Assembly: GCA_951406725.2 (NCBI GenBank)
Contig: OX597818.1
Location: 97,526,001-97,590,000 of the forward strand
Origin: Octopus vulgaris
Lineage: Eukaryota
DNA length: 64,000 bases
Direction of reading: 5' to 3'
Part shown: positions 39,494 through 53,764 of the stretch, piece after piece
Layout of the letters: each line of letters opens with the position of its first letter
Position numbering within the stretch: position 1 is the first letter of the stretch
Program-made: the position numbers and the translations under genes
The notes under the pieces: generated by a model
The model's input: only the letters and a program-made list of their open reading frames with translations
Databases searched by the model: none
What the model was told of the DNA's origin: nothing

Positions 39494-39894
39494 TACTCTT
39501 TACTCTTTTACTTGTTTCAGTTATGTGACTGTGGCCATGCTGGAGCACCGTCTTTAGTCGAGCAAATTGACCCGAGGACTTATTCTTTGTAAGCCTAGTA
39601 CTTATTCTATCGGTCTCTTTTTCCGAACCGCTAAGTTACGGGGACGTAAACACACCAGCATCGGTTGTCAAGCGATGCTGGGGGGACAAACACAGACACG
39701 CACATACATATATAGATATATACATATATACGACGGGCTTCTTTCAGTTTCCGTCTACCAAATCCACTCACAAGGCTTTGGTCGACCCAAGGCTATAGTA
39801 GAAGACACTTGCCCAAGGTGCCACGCAGTGGGACTGAACCCAGAACCATGTGGTTCGTAAGCAAGTTACTTACCACACAGCCACTCCTACGCCT
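39494..39894 (-). mobile_element. SINE family A, full length
   Basis: Complete head to tail. Confidence 0.9.
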
Positions 39895-39932
39895 ATATAT
39901 AATATGATATAATATAATATAATATAATATAA

Positions 39933-40330
39933 TCTTTATATATAAAAGTCAAGTTGTGTGTCTGTCTCCTACGATTTAGATTCCTAACTACTCCCACATT
40001 TTGCGGTGCAGTTTAACCAAAACCGGGTATCTTATAGTCGTGATTCATATCGAGCCCTTCTGGGTATTAGTGCGCGTCTACGATGAGTCTACGATTTAAA
40101 AAAAATTTACCATCGTTTTTTTCCATTTTAATGCATTTTTTCGCTATTATATAAGGGAAGTAACTCTCTAAAAATGTCTACGATGAGTCAACGATTTAAA
40201 AAAAAAATTACCATCATTTCTTTTCCATTTTTAAAGCATTTTTTTGCTATTTTTTGGGCTATAACTCTCTAAAAATGCTTATATAGTTATTTCCCTTACA
40301 AACCCGAGCAACGCCGGGCGATACTGCTAG
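39933..40330 (+). mobile_element. Non-autonomous Helitron (~400 bp)
   Basis: A|TC start, subterminal hairpin cccgagcaacgccggg, CTAG|T end, no TSD; internal ~100-bp tandem duplication. Confidence 0.88.
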
Positions 40331-40379
40331 TTTAATATAATATATGTATATATAATATAATATATATATACATACATGA

Positions 40380-40595
40380 ATATATGGGTACAGAACGTCA
40401 CCAACGGCGCAAATAACATACACACGAGAGATAGAGACAAGACGTGGACAGTAATTACAGGACAAAAACTAGTGAAATACGTAAATAAACGAGGGGAGTA
40501 CGAGTGAAATACGTAAACAACGAGAAAAAATGGGAAATAGGACGAGCTAACACAAGAAAAATACCCTTCATCAGTTGTCGCTGTCCTCATTTCGA
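40380..40595 (-). mobile_element. Probable Penelope-like terminus
   Basis: Minus strand ttcgaaatg...gacaactgatgaagggtatttttcttgtgtt, ending in a TA-rich tract; homologous to ~28040-28115. Confidence 0.5.
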
Positions 40596-40601
40596 ATATA
40601 T

Positions 40602-40630
<29 letters not shown>

Positions 40631-40633
<3 letters not shown>

Positions 40634-40897
40634 AATCGACTTAATCCGTTTGTCTGTCCTTGTTTGTCCCTTATGTGTGTAGCCCCCTTGTGGGTAGTAA
40701 AGAAATAGGTATTTCGTCTGAAGTTACGTTCTGAGTTCAAATTTTGCCGGGGTCAACTTTGCCTTTCATCCTTCCGGGGTCGATAAATTAAGTACCAATT
40801 ACGCACTGGGATCGATGTAATCGACTTATTCCCTTTGTCTGTCCTTGTTTGTCCCCTCTATGTTTAGCCCCTTGTGGGCAATAAAGAAATAAGAAAT
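40631..40897 (+). mobile_element. SINE family B (B1) tandem, 1.5 units
   Basis: Junction aaagaaata|ggtatttcgtctg at ~40708. Confidence 0.88.
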
Positions 40898-41057
40898 ATT
40901 GCATAATGTAGCCCTAGATATGTAATGTCCGAAAGAAGGATGGTATGGCCATGGCCAGAATACTCTTGACCTTATTCCTGTCCAGCGTGTCACTCAACAA
41001 CTACAACAAAAAGAACGACATCAACAGCGACAGAAATGGCAACAGCAGCAACAACAA

Positions 41058-41432
41058 GTGGAGGCGCAATGGCCCAATAATTAGGGCAGCGGACTCGCGG
41101 TCGGAGGATCGTGGTTTCGATTCCCAGACCGGGCGTTGTGTGTGTTTATTGAGCGAAAATACCTAAAGCTCCACGAGACTCCGGCAGCGGGTGGTGGAGT
41201 CCCCAGTCGTACTCTTTCGCTCCAACTTTCTAACACTTTTTCTTCCTTTTTTTTTGTCCCCGACTTCCTACGCAACCGCTGAGCCTGGATGTGTATTCAT
41301 CCATCCATCGATGCTCTCGGTGTCAGGGGTTTACCTGCTTTCTCTTCTGCGGGTCTTACGAATAGCAAAGGACCACGTTTCGGACTTCTCCCATCTTGCG
41401 AGCTCTGGGACGAAGACCGTTCGCTCGACTGC
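41058..41432 (+). mobile_element. SINE with family C head and an alternative 3' tail, in a (CAA/CAG)n site
   Basis: First ~170 bp match family C; the remainder differs from 2125 and 6121. Confidence 0.75.
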
Positions 41433-41924
41433 AACAGCAGCAGCAACAACAACAACAGTGCTTCTGTCGAGAAATGCACACGAATATGAGACAGCAAGTG
41501 TTTTTCCCCATACGCGATATTGAACAAATACCGGCCACCAATCCCTCGATACTGCTGCTATTTGTAATATTGATTCGTACATCGCTTCCTCTAAGTAGCT
41601 ATTTAAATATCTGAGGGCTCACTCATTTAAAATTAAGTGTTTCGAATATGTACTCAAAGCAGCGCTTCTGCAGTGCTTGAACCAGCGCCAATCTATTCGT
41701 TCTTTGATATTCAGTCAACTTGACAGCCAACCACTCACCATTCAGCTTATTGTAAAGACATAAATGAATATTAATATGGCCATCCTGTTAGCATGTACAT
41801 CCTGATAGATCATACGAGCAGCTGTTGTTCAATTGTACATATTTAATTATGATAAATCCGTGTTATTGTTACATGAAAAGGAAGTTATTTGAAGAGCTAT
41901 TGAAGTAAGAAGTAGAAGCAGCGC

Positions 41925-42446
41925 TAGTGTTGTAAACATTATCGAACTATGTGTTTTGCTGGTTCGCCTGTCGGCTGCGATTTAGCGCTGTGGAGATGAC
42001 TCCATCAAAGCAGTGGGTGTTAAAACACTTTCGGTTGCAAGTTCAAATGTTCTTGTTAGCCTCTGTTATGTTGACCCATCCAACAGGTACCTCATGAAAA
42101 TGAAATCGTCAAGTGATTCCCTACAATCCAATAACAGACGATATTCACGTTTTCATATTTGCACTCCATACTTATACAAAGCTTTAACATTCCCGAATAT
42201 ACATACTCAATGTAGGAACTCCGCTTGTTCGTCAGTGGGCTGCATATAGCGCGGTGGAGATGATTCCATCAAAGCGCTGGGTGTTAAAACACTTGAAAGT
42301 CATAGACAAGCGAGACAACACACCCTAAATCCCATCCACGAACGATGGACATCAATGTTTCACCATTATGGTGGCTTATCGGCATCACGTACCTGAAATG
42401 AATTCCTACTGACGAGTATATGTGTTCGATAATGTTTACAACACGG
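41925..42446. mobile_element. MITE-like element with 21-bp perfect TIRs and internal direct repeats
   Basis: gtgttgtaaacattatcgaac (41927-41947) / gttcgataatgtttacaacac (42424-42444); ~47-bp repeat at ~41984 and ~42249; no TSD seen. Confidence 0.65.
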
Positions 42447-43381
42447 CTTTTAATTAATTTTTAAATTTATTCTTACATATCCATTGTCAGGTTCAACCGA
42501 TAAATCTCTGCTATAATACTCAACGTTGAGAAAAGAGTAACTTTGAGTAACTTTGAGAATCGAAGTGAGAAAGGGTCTTCATTATATAACAAATTTCTAC
42601 GGAAAAGTAGCGTAAGAACTCTGCGAACCTGATCCAAGATAGGAATGTAGGTTTCACGGCGAGAATTGACAAAAGGATTCTCCATTACTTGTCGGTTAGT
42701 TTCCAATAGTCTGACTAATCACTCAGTGCTCTAAATGTCGTGGCAATTCTCGTTATTTTGGCTTCTCCCAAACAAACTGATTGTTCCTTTGAAGTTCAAT
42801 GTCATGTTGTTTCATCGCACGCCACATACTTTTGTGGGTATCCAGCTTGTTTTGGTCCACATCAAGATCTTTAATGCAAGAGGATATCAATTAGCTCGCT
42901 AACATTCATAATCAGTGAAGAAAATTGTAGCATTTTTGTCAGAAGAAGACTGTAGTGGAACAACGTGATTTCCCCTCATGTTGTGTCTCCAATGACTTGA
43001 TATTCTCTCTAAAATGTGTTAGAATATCCGAAATTCACGGGAGCGTACAATGCACAGCGTAACACGAAGCTTACAGATAGATCCAGCGTGTATTGGATAA
43101 GATTTTCAGCTCCTCCGCCTGACCACCTTTTCCTTCCTGTAACTACATAAATTACTGAAGCATAGTGAACAGGGCCATGAACAACTAAAATTGCTGCAAA
43201 ATGGCGAAAAATTCTCATTGCATCGTTTACAATTTTTATGCAGTCACCCATTACTAGGTTGAATAATTGAGCGTGTCAGTAGATAGATAGCAAATGAGAC
43301 AGCAGTACCTATCTTCACTTAACACCAGAGTTTTTTTCTGCTTATGGTTCAGACTCCAAAATGGTAGTATTGGGTGGCGTA

Positions 43382-43947
43382 TTGGGTTGTCCGGAAAGTT
43401 TGTGCCGATTTATAATAGCTTACCTTTCGACTTATTTTAGAACATGGTTGAGTCCATAAAATAGGATTTGACTACACCTCCATTTAGAGCACAGTTTAAG
43501 CTATCTTTTCGTGGAAGAAGATTTATGTTCCTATAGCCTGTGTTAATTCGGTAACCTTTTAAAAGGGAAGATAAGAAAGTTCATTTTCGGCACTTGATGC
43601 TTTGGGAACCAGACAAAAATTGCTGCAGCTTGGCTGGGATGTGTTACCCCACCCTCCATATTCACCAGATATTGCTCCTTCGGATTTCCACTTATTCAGG
43701 TTTCTGCAGAATAGTCTTAATGGTAAAAATTTCAATTTCTTAGACGACGTAAAAAGATACCTTGATGAATTATTTTCCATGAAACCACCTCAATTCTGGG
43801 AAAAGGGTATTTTCAAGTTAAAAGAAAGAAGGAGACGCATTGTGCAACAAAATGGTTCATATTTGGTTGATTAAAAATGTAATGGCAAGTATTTATTGAC
43901 CTTTTTCTTTCCTTTAAAAATCGGCACGAACTCTCCGGACAACCCGA
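43382..43947 (+). mobile_element. Internally deleted mariner transposon
   Basis: ~28-bp TIRs ttgggttgtccggaaagtttgtgccgattt, TA TSD; N-terminal EDKKVHFRHLML fused to C-terminal HPPYSPDIAPSDFHLF...GIFKLKER. Confidence 0.95.
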
Positions 43948-45049
43948 TATATCAATACCAATAGATCTCACTATTGACAATGTGCACCGCAGAAGTGATT
44001 GAACGTGAAGTTCGGAAACTTGCTCTCTAACCAATCGTTTTTTTTTTTTACTGATTATATTATCGAAAAACGTGGGGCAAACTAGAGCTGTTTAGTTTCC
44101 GAAATGTCTATTATGTTATCTACAATTGATTCAAAAGAGCCTTAGATACTTCTTCGGTTATTTCATCTTTGATTACTGGTCTCTTGATGGAAATTCATTC
44201 TGAACATTGTGAATGAAATTCATAATATTGTGGTTATGGTAGGTGTTTGAATAACCGTTTGCTCAGTCAAAGTTAAGCCACCACCACCACCATAACAACT
44301 ACAACAACATTAAATAGTTCTTTATGTTGCCAATTTGTCAATTTGTAACTATGTCACTGAGTCATCTCTGCACCGATAAGAAAGTAACAATCTCCGACCT
44401 ATGAGTTCACTATCTGATATCTCATTTGATATCTCATGTAAGCTCGTTGAGGAGATGATCAGAGAAAAGTAGAAAACCAGATCAATAGGCGGTTGTTGTT
44501 GTTATTGTTATTCTCTTTTAGATCCTGGACAACAGCGATCGAATCAAATATTCCAGAGAATGACATTCTAGTCAGTACTATTTCGTCTTTTGTGGGTAAC
44601 GTGTCCCGCCCTTTATATACAACGGTGGGATGTGATTCGATAGTAATTTAGCTGCTATTTCTAGGTGATCGAGCATCCCCACGTAGCTGTCCCAGAATTC
44701 CATCGAAAAGCTGTTAAAAAAAAGTAGGTATACAGCTGTTGAAGTCTTAGTAGTAATATTCGTAATTGTATGACAACATGGATATTTATAGTGGCTCAAG
44801 GTATTGTATTGCTCAATCATATAAATGAGAAAAACTTACTGAACCATTTATCAATGCATCGATTATTTGTAACAGACTGTTCGTAGCATGCTATCCTGAG
44901 CCTACTGACATAAATACACACACACACACACACACACATACACACATAGTTATCAACAAATGTATATTTGCACTAAGCTCTCTCCTACACTATATATATG
45001 TTTGTATTTATGTCTTCTATGCATCTCTCTCTCCCTCTCTCTCGCCCTT

Positions 45050-46272
<1,223 letters not shown>

Positions 46273-46699
46273 CGCTGCATTCTTTCGATGTAAACTTAAA
46301 TCTTTTGGAGACAATGTTTGTTTCGAATAATACAAATGTATTGTTGATGGAGAAGGTCATCAACAAAGGGCCGCTATGTATGTGGCCCAACATTAAGTGT
46401 GTTGTGCAATTTTGAATAAAGTCTTGGGGCGGTTTTTGTGAAAAGAAATGTTGAAAATGGAGCTTCAGATGCAAGGAATGGGTAAAAAGAGCATTGTTTT
46501 AGGAAGGAACTGTGGAAGAGAAGTATAGATTCCTTAAATAGAATTGGGAACTTTCAATAATTCAGATCTTTTATAGATTCCTTTATACCAGGCGATGATC
46601 GTATTTACTGCAAGATTTGGAAACTTTATCATAAATGGAATTATTTTTTAGCAATAACAAATATCTAATACAGAAAGCGGGAAAAAATGTTGTAATATT

Positions 46700-46770
46700 G
46701 CCAGCGAGATTCGAACGCTGCGACTGCTGTAATCCACAAAGCTATACTAACGCTTACACCAAAGCGACAT
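46700..46770 (-). pseudogene. tRNA-like sequence (pseudo-tRNA or SINE head)
   Basis: Minus-strand A-box-like tggtgtaagcgtt and T-arm agcgttcgaatctcgct. Confidence 0.4.
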
Positions 46771-46828
46771 CGCAACACTTCACGTCCAAATTACAATGCT
46801 TAACAACTACGTAGGTAAGTTTACGCAT

Positions 46829-47240
46829 AGGCGCAGGAGTGGCTGTGTGGTAAGTAGCTTGCTAACCAACCACATGGTTCCAGGTTCAGTCCCACTGTGT
46901 GGCATCTTGGGCAAGTGTCTTCTGCTATAGCCCCGGGCTGACCAATGCCTTGTGAGTGGATTTGGTAGACGGAAACTGAAAGAAGCCTGTCGGATATATG
47001 TATACATATATATATGTGTGTATATGTTTGTGTGTCTGTGTTTGTCCCCCTAGCATTGCTTGACAACCGATGCTGGTGTGTTTACGTCCCCGTTACTTAG
47101 CGGTTCGGCAAACAGACCGATAGAATAAGTACTGGGCTTACAAAGAATAAGTCCCGGGGTCGATTTGCTCGACTAAAGGCGGTGCTCCAGCATGGCCGCA
47201 GTCAAATGACTGGAACAAGTAAAAGAGTAAAAAGAGAGTA
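46829..47240 (+). mobile_element. SINE family A, full length
   Basis: Complete head to tail. Confidence 0.92.
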
Positions 47241-47589
47241 TTAGGGCCAGTGGCCTTTCAACCTGAATCTCAATATACACAGTATCAAACAACAATAAAT
47301 GTATATAATTTGCGCGCGCACACACACACACACACACACATACACACACAAACACACACACACACGCGCGGCGTTATTAACCTTTGAAATAAAATCTGTA
47401 AAGTATTTATGATTTGTGCTTCAAAATTGTTGTACCTCTTACCAACGATTTTTATTGCCAATAAAATAACTTTCAAATGAAGTTCATTTCAAGAGTTCTA
47501 CTAAATAAAGCCATAAAAATGTCAATGTGTCAATATTCAATAAACTGCTATTATTTATAATTACACTGTCATTACAACTATAGTACTTG

Positions 47590-48263
47590 ATAAACATTAT
47601 CTTTCTCTGTAGGTCAGTCACATTAAGGAATGACTTTAGCAGGTCTTTGTAATGGTGAAAGAACATTCTCGTGGTCTTTTCTAGGTGGTTATTTCACTAA
47701 TGAGGACATGACATGGGAATTTCACTTCCTTCGTTCTGACCATATGTTCTGTCATAGCTGGTATTTCATGATTACTTCTATGCTTCCACTGTTGGCTTCT
47801 TCTAGGAAAGCATTGCTGGTTTTGTAGCCTGTCCTTTTGATATTTAAGATGGCGCAGAGTTTTTTTTTTTTTTTTTTTGTCTTTTGCTGGTGAAAAACGT
47901 TCCAGCTTTTTCATAGCCGTTGCGATGACATTGAAAAAAGCGTAAGTTTCGTTTTTGGAGTGGTTAGATGTTTGTTCTCTGTAAGTGTTCAGAAATGCTG
48001 CAATGGGTAGATCTAATTCTGCGTTCCACACCTTTTTGCAGAAGTTCATTTATTGGACTGAACACTTTCAAAATAAGGAAAATGATCGACTTGTCCAACT
48101 GGCGTAAGCGTGGCTGTGTGGTAACTAGCTTGCTTACGAACTACATGGTTCCGGGTTCAGTCCCACTACGTGGCACCTTGGGCAAGTGTCTTCTACTATA
48201 GCCTAGGGCCGACCAAAGTCTTGTGAGTGGATTTGGTAGACGGAAACTGAAAGAATCCCGTCG

Positions 48264-48295
<32 letters not shown>

Positions 48296-49200
48296 CATGT
48301 ATGTGTATATGTTTGTGTGTCTGTGTTTGTAAAAGAGTAAAAGAATAAAAGAGGTGTATCAGATATGGTGATGTTGAAATGAGGGAGGTTGGTCCTTGAA
48401 GCAGGTTGAGTGAGGACTTTGGCCTTTTCTATATTCACTGTGAGACCATGATACATCTGCCGCCAGTCTGCTGGTCCTGACTAGAAGCTTCAAGCAACTC
48501 CAAACCGGTTTCTATCGTCTTTGTCCCAGCAATGTTGAGTTTTTCAAGTAAAATAAGATAAAAACATTGAAGGAAATAGCGTTTATAATACAGGCACAAG
48601 GCCTGAAATTTTGGTGGAGTAGATAGTCAAATGCATTGTCCCCAGTACTTGACTAGTACTTTATTTTATTGACTCTGAAAGGATGACAGTCAAAGCCAGA
48701 CTCGGCGGAATTTGAACTCAGAAAATAAAGCCGGAAGAAATGCCGCTAAAAATTTTGTCTGGCGTGCTAACGGTTCTGCCATCTTGTCGCCTATTGAAGG
48801 AAATATTACCAAGAAGAAATTATTAAGATATGGATTTGTTTCCGGTGGCTCTCACCTTGCCAGGGTATGATCCCCACCCTACCGTGTTTTCAGGACCATT
48901 TACTGAGGCACATGTAGAAAGAAGACAGGCAGTATCAGGTGATGCAATTGCAATAGACTGCTGGTAATTCGCTTGCTATATCGAGTGATCCCTTCTTAGG
49001 CAGTCCATCTACTGTTGTCCTCTGTCGGTCCAAATGATACTAAAATCAAACATTGTTGTTCCCTATGATGGTTGTTTCTTGTTGTGGTAGAGGGCTTCTG
49101 TGGTTCAATCCATCTGAGAGTGATGCCGTCGGGTGTCTAGTGCTTCTAATAAGGCCATCCACGGCGAAGTTGTAGAAGACGACTCAGACAGAACACGGCC
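47590..49200 (-). pseudogene. Heavily deleted RTE-clade LINE interrupted by SINE A (48100-48350) and SINE B (48588-48793)
   Basis: Remnants HGLTVNIEKAKVLTQP...ITISDTPL and EHMVRTKEVKFPCHVLISEI..KRPR..HYKDLLK resemble RTE RT and C-terminus. Confidence 0.6.
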
Positions 49201-49674
49201 AGTCCTACTTCAAGACCCCCAAAGTCAACATATATGTATTGATGCATGTGTGTGAATTTATATATATTTATATATGTATGTTTGTGTAAATATATGTATG
49301 TGTGTGTCTGTGAGTGAATGCGTGTGTGTGCGCATACGAGCACGTACAAATGTATGTATGTAGATATGTATATGTGTATGTATGTGTATGCCTTTACGTT
49401 TGACATAGTTTCGTGCCTATATCCCGTAACCTTACCGCTGCATTAAACATACATTGCTAAAATAGGAACCAGACCCAAAAGTAAGAACTGGGGCAGTAGG
49501 GCGGGGATATGAACAGCTAAAGTTCCTTTATATTTTATACAGGGTGATTCAGAAATCCCGGTGACATTTAAATGATAAGTTAAAATTTTAACTTTTTCAT
49601 TTATTAGAGATTTTGTTTTTATATATATTTTTAACACCATCTTAGCTACTTTATTGTGTATATATTTTGGTGAA

Positions 49675-50346
49675 ATAATCTTTTCTACTTTAGGCACAAG
49701 TCTCGAAAATTTGGTGGGAGCGGGCACAGTCGATTAGATTGAGCCCAGTACGCAAATGGTACTTAATTTATCGACCCCGAAAGGATGAAATGCAAAGTCG
49801 GCCTCGGCGGAATTTGAACTCAGAACGTAAAGACGGACGAAATACCGTGTCTTCCAGCATACAAGAACTTTTCAGGCCAAAATTTACACCCGAAAAGGTT
49901 AGTTAGGCTTACACATCAGATGACTTTGGAGAATCTTATTTCTTTACTACCCACAAGGGACTAAACATAGAGGGGACAAACAAGGACAGACAAAGAGATT
50001 AAGTCGATTACATCGACCCCAGTGCGTAGCTGGTACTTAATTTATCGACCCCCGAAAGGATGAAAGGCAAAGTCGACCTCGGCGGAATTTGAACTCAGAA
50101 TGTAGCGGCATACGAAATACCTATTTCTTTACTGCTCACAGGGGACGAAATACCTATTTCTTTACTGCTCACAGAGAGGACAAACAAGGAGAGAGAAACG
50201 GATTAAGTCGATTATGTCGACCCCAGTGCGTAACTGGTACTTAATTTATCGACCCCGAAGTCAACCTCGGCGGAATTTGAACTCAGAACGTAACGGCGGA
50301 CGAAATACCGGTAAGGATTTCGCCCGTCTCGCTAACGTTTCTGCCA
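49675..50346 (-). mobile_element. SINE B cluster with a tandem B1 array
   Basis: B2 copy 49675-49848; B1 tandem 49937-50346 with ggtatttcgt junctions. Confidence 0.88.
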
Positions 50347-50575
50347 GAAATTCAGCAGGATTTGAAAAGATAGTGATAATATTTGAATGTGTACACTGTA
50401 CACTACGTCGACTTATATGCCAAAAATACAGCATATGACAATATTGACTAGAGAGAGATATTTACCACTGATGAATAATACTATATCTGGCGATATTCAG
50501 CTAATCATCCGTGACGTTAGTTTGTAATTGGCAGTGACAGTAAGAAAATGTCTAATTTTACTGCTTAAAAAGATC

Positions 50576-51016
50576 GGATCTTTTCGGTTTGCACGGCAGT
50601 TTTTAAAAATAATTTTCACGTAACTAAACATTTTTAAACTTCGTATACTGGTAGAATGTGTTTATAAAACATCTTTTTCTCTTGGCTTTATTGAGAAAAT
50701 TCTATAGTTTGTAAGATATTTGTTGTTTTTTTCTTCAATTTCTGCAATTTCAACCAATCAATGACCGTCTATTGAGGTGAAAACATTTTGTGCCGTATGA
50801 ATATGTCCCTCGTTTAAGAAACAGATTGGATTTATTTACATTTGTGAAGAAAAAAAAGATACCCTTCCCTCACCCTTAACCCTAACCCTAACTAACCCTA
50901 ACTAACCATAACCCTAAAAGAGATTGAAATGCAATAGATCGATTCTAGGGTCATAATTATGGGTGACAATTTCATGACACCGCTAGAAAAAACTGCCGTT
51001 CAAACCGAAAAGATCC
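50576..51016. mobile_element. MITE with ~28-bp TIRs, 8-bp TSD and internal (CCCTAA)n (Merlin- or Mutator-like)
   Basis: TIR ggatcttttcggtttg(c/a)acggcagttttt; TSD aaaagatc at 50568-50575 and 51017-51024. Confidence 0.88.
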
Positions 51017-51490
51017 AAAAGATCTTATGGAACGTTCTAGAAAGTTTTGGCAGGCTTATAAAATCCTTTGTGTTTAATTCTTTTGGGAGAATTTTTTTCA
51101 TTGCAGCCGGAGTCCATGTTGTCTTTAGAACCACGTTTAACACTTTGAAGGCAGAAAACGGATATATCCGCTCAAAATTTTATTATTGTTAACTCCTGAA
51201 AGCAATTTTACCCAACGGCTTTGTAAAATAAAAAACAACAAAACTTCCGTATGCTGCGAGGAGACACCTCCAGAGACACTTTTTTAATAAAAAAAAACAA
51301 GTTTTCAGATTTTCTCAGTATTTTTTTCTTTTTTTCATATTTCATCAGATATCTCTCTATAGAGCAAGAATCAAATATTTTTAGTGATGGATATGAAAAT
51401 CGTACTTACTGGAGATATTGAAAAAGTATTGCAAATACGGAAATATACATTCTACGTATTTTTTTTCTTTTTGTGTGGATAATTAATATC

Positions 51491-51727
51491 TATTTCTATT
51501 TCTTTACTACCCACAAGGGGCTAAACACAGAGAGGACAAACAAGGACAGACAAAGGGATTAAGTCGATTATATCGACCTCCGTGCGTAACTTGTACTTAA
51601 TTTATCGACCCCGAAAGGATGAAAAGCAAAGTCGACCTCGGCGGATTTGAACTCAGAACGTACCGGCAGATGAAATACCGCTAAGCATTTCGCCCGTCGG
51701 GCTAACGATTCTGCCAGCTCGCCGCCT
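51491..51727 (-). mobile_element. SINE family B (B1), full length with 17-bp TSD
   Basis: TSD tgtggataattaatatc at 51474-51490 and 51728-51744. Confidence 0.95.
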
Positions 51728-51995
51728 TGTGGATAATTAATATCATTACAGGAATGACCATGAAATTTAATTACGCCGTCAAAAGGTTAGTAAAATAATT
51801 TTCACTTTACAGCTTTCTCTCTAAGAGATTATTCTTGCTGTAACCGTCAATTATGTTCTAATATATTTAAGAAATATTTTGGCTTCCGTCTTTTGGCAAT
51901 TCATCATTTCTTAATTCACAAACTTAACCTTCCTATAACAAATTGTACATTATGTGCATTAAAAATGTTTAATGTTATTAATAATCCTTTTTTTT

Positions 51996-52193
51996 TCTTT
52001 TACTTGTTTCAGTCATTTGACTGTGGCCATGCTGGAGCACCGCCTTTAATCGAATCAAATCGACCCCAGGACTTATTCTTTGTAAGCCTAGTACTTATTC
52101 TATCGGTCTCTTATGCCGAACCGCTAAGTTACGGGGACGTAAACACACCAGCATCGGTTGTCAAGCGATGTTGGGAGGACAAACACAGACACA

Positions 52194-52231
<38 letters not shown>

Positions 52232-52423
52232 CACATACATATATATATATATATATATACGACTGGCTTCTTTCAGTTTCTATCTACCAAATCCACTCAC
52301 AAGGCTTTGGTCGGCCCTAGGCTATAGTAGAAGACACTTGCCCAAGGTGCCACGCAGTGGGACTGAACCTGGAACCATGTGGTTCGTAAGCAAGCTACTT
52401 ACCACACAGCCACTTCTACGCCA
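51996..52423 (-). mobile_element. SINE family A, full length
   Basis: Complete head to tail. Confidence 0.9.
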
Positions 52424-53026
52424 ATGTACTTATTCGCTACAACACTGTTGTTCGAAGACATCGCAAATGCGGCAATTTTTTAGTTCGAAAGTAGAGTTAT
52501 ATTTCATTGTTTTTCTTGATGATCCCATGGGAATAAAATATTTTTTAGGCATAATATTTAAAAATTAAATGTAGCGTTATGTGTTTTCGTATGGTTTAAA
52601 GTTGAAACACGCCTAGAAACTCAAATACGCACGCTCATACAAACACACGGATGCATACATATTATATGTGTGTATGTATACATATTTGTATCTCTGTCAC
52701 TCTGCATGCCTCTCCCCCTCTTTCTCTCTCTCTCTCTCTCTCTGTGCATATATAAATGTATATGTATATATAAATATATAAAGTAAATACATAACAACTC
52801 GCATATTCCTTTTCAACCTGCTACATACACACACACACACACACACATATATACATATATATGTATGTGTGTATGTATGTGTGTGTGTATGTGTGTGTAT
52901 ATATGTATGTGTGTATATATATGTATGTGTGTACATGTATATGTGTGTGTGTGTGTATATATACATATGTATATATATATATATATATATGTACATATAT
53001 ATATATATGTATATATATATATGTAC

Positions 53027-53059
<33 letters not shown>

Positions 53060-53392
53060 TATATATATATGTACATATATATATGTATGTACATATATAT
53101 ATAGATAGATATAGTTTGCGTGCATTCTCTCTCTCTCATACACATACAGGTCAAGATTGCTGCGTATCATAATAATACCAACCTTTATTTTGAAGACATA
53201 TGGTAGCATTCCTAAAACAGTCACAGCTTTATTTTTAGAAATGTCATAAACATACATAGCTATATAAGTAATGTTTATACACACGTTGTATCTACCGTAC
53301 ATTATACCTACAACGTTTTATATGTACAAAAATAACTAAAAGTACATGAGATGCTGCACCACCGCGTCCATCTATGTCTTTGTAGATATACA

Positions 53393-53485
<93 letters not shown>

Positions 53486-53547
53486 CTCGATATATAATGA
53501 GTGTGTGTGTGTATGTGTGTGTGTTTGTATGTGTGTGTGTGTGTGTG

Positions 53548-53582
<35 letters not shown>

Positions 53583-53587
<5 letters not shown>

Positions 53588-53705
53588 CGTGATCACCGTG
53601 ACCGACCAGGGTATCAGATGTTGCTACACATCGCTGGTCACAATGCGCTTCGCATTGTTTTAGCCTTCAAATGACGCCACCCTGCTGGCTAAGCGAGCAG
53701 GCCAA
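53583..53705 (-). mobile_element. Second copy of the structured mini-element
   Basis: Homologous to 45111-45229. Confidence 0.75.
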
Positions 53706-53715
53706 TACACACACG

Positions 53716-53764
<49 letters not shown>

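Noticed and set aside
42473-43300. Possible hAT transposase remnant (RRETYIPILDQV) on the minus strand
   Set aside because: Only one short motif; no continuous frame or termini identified by eye.
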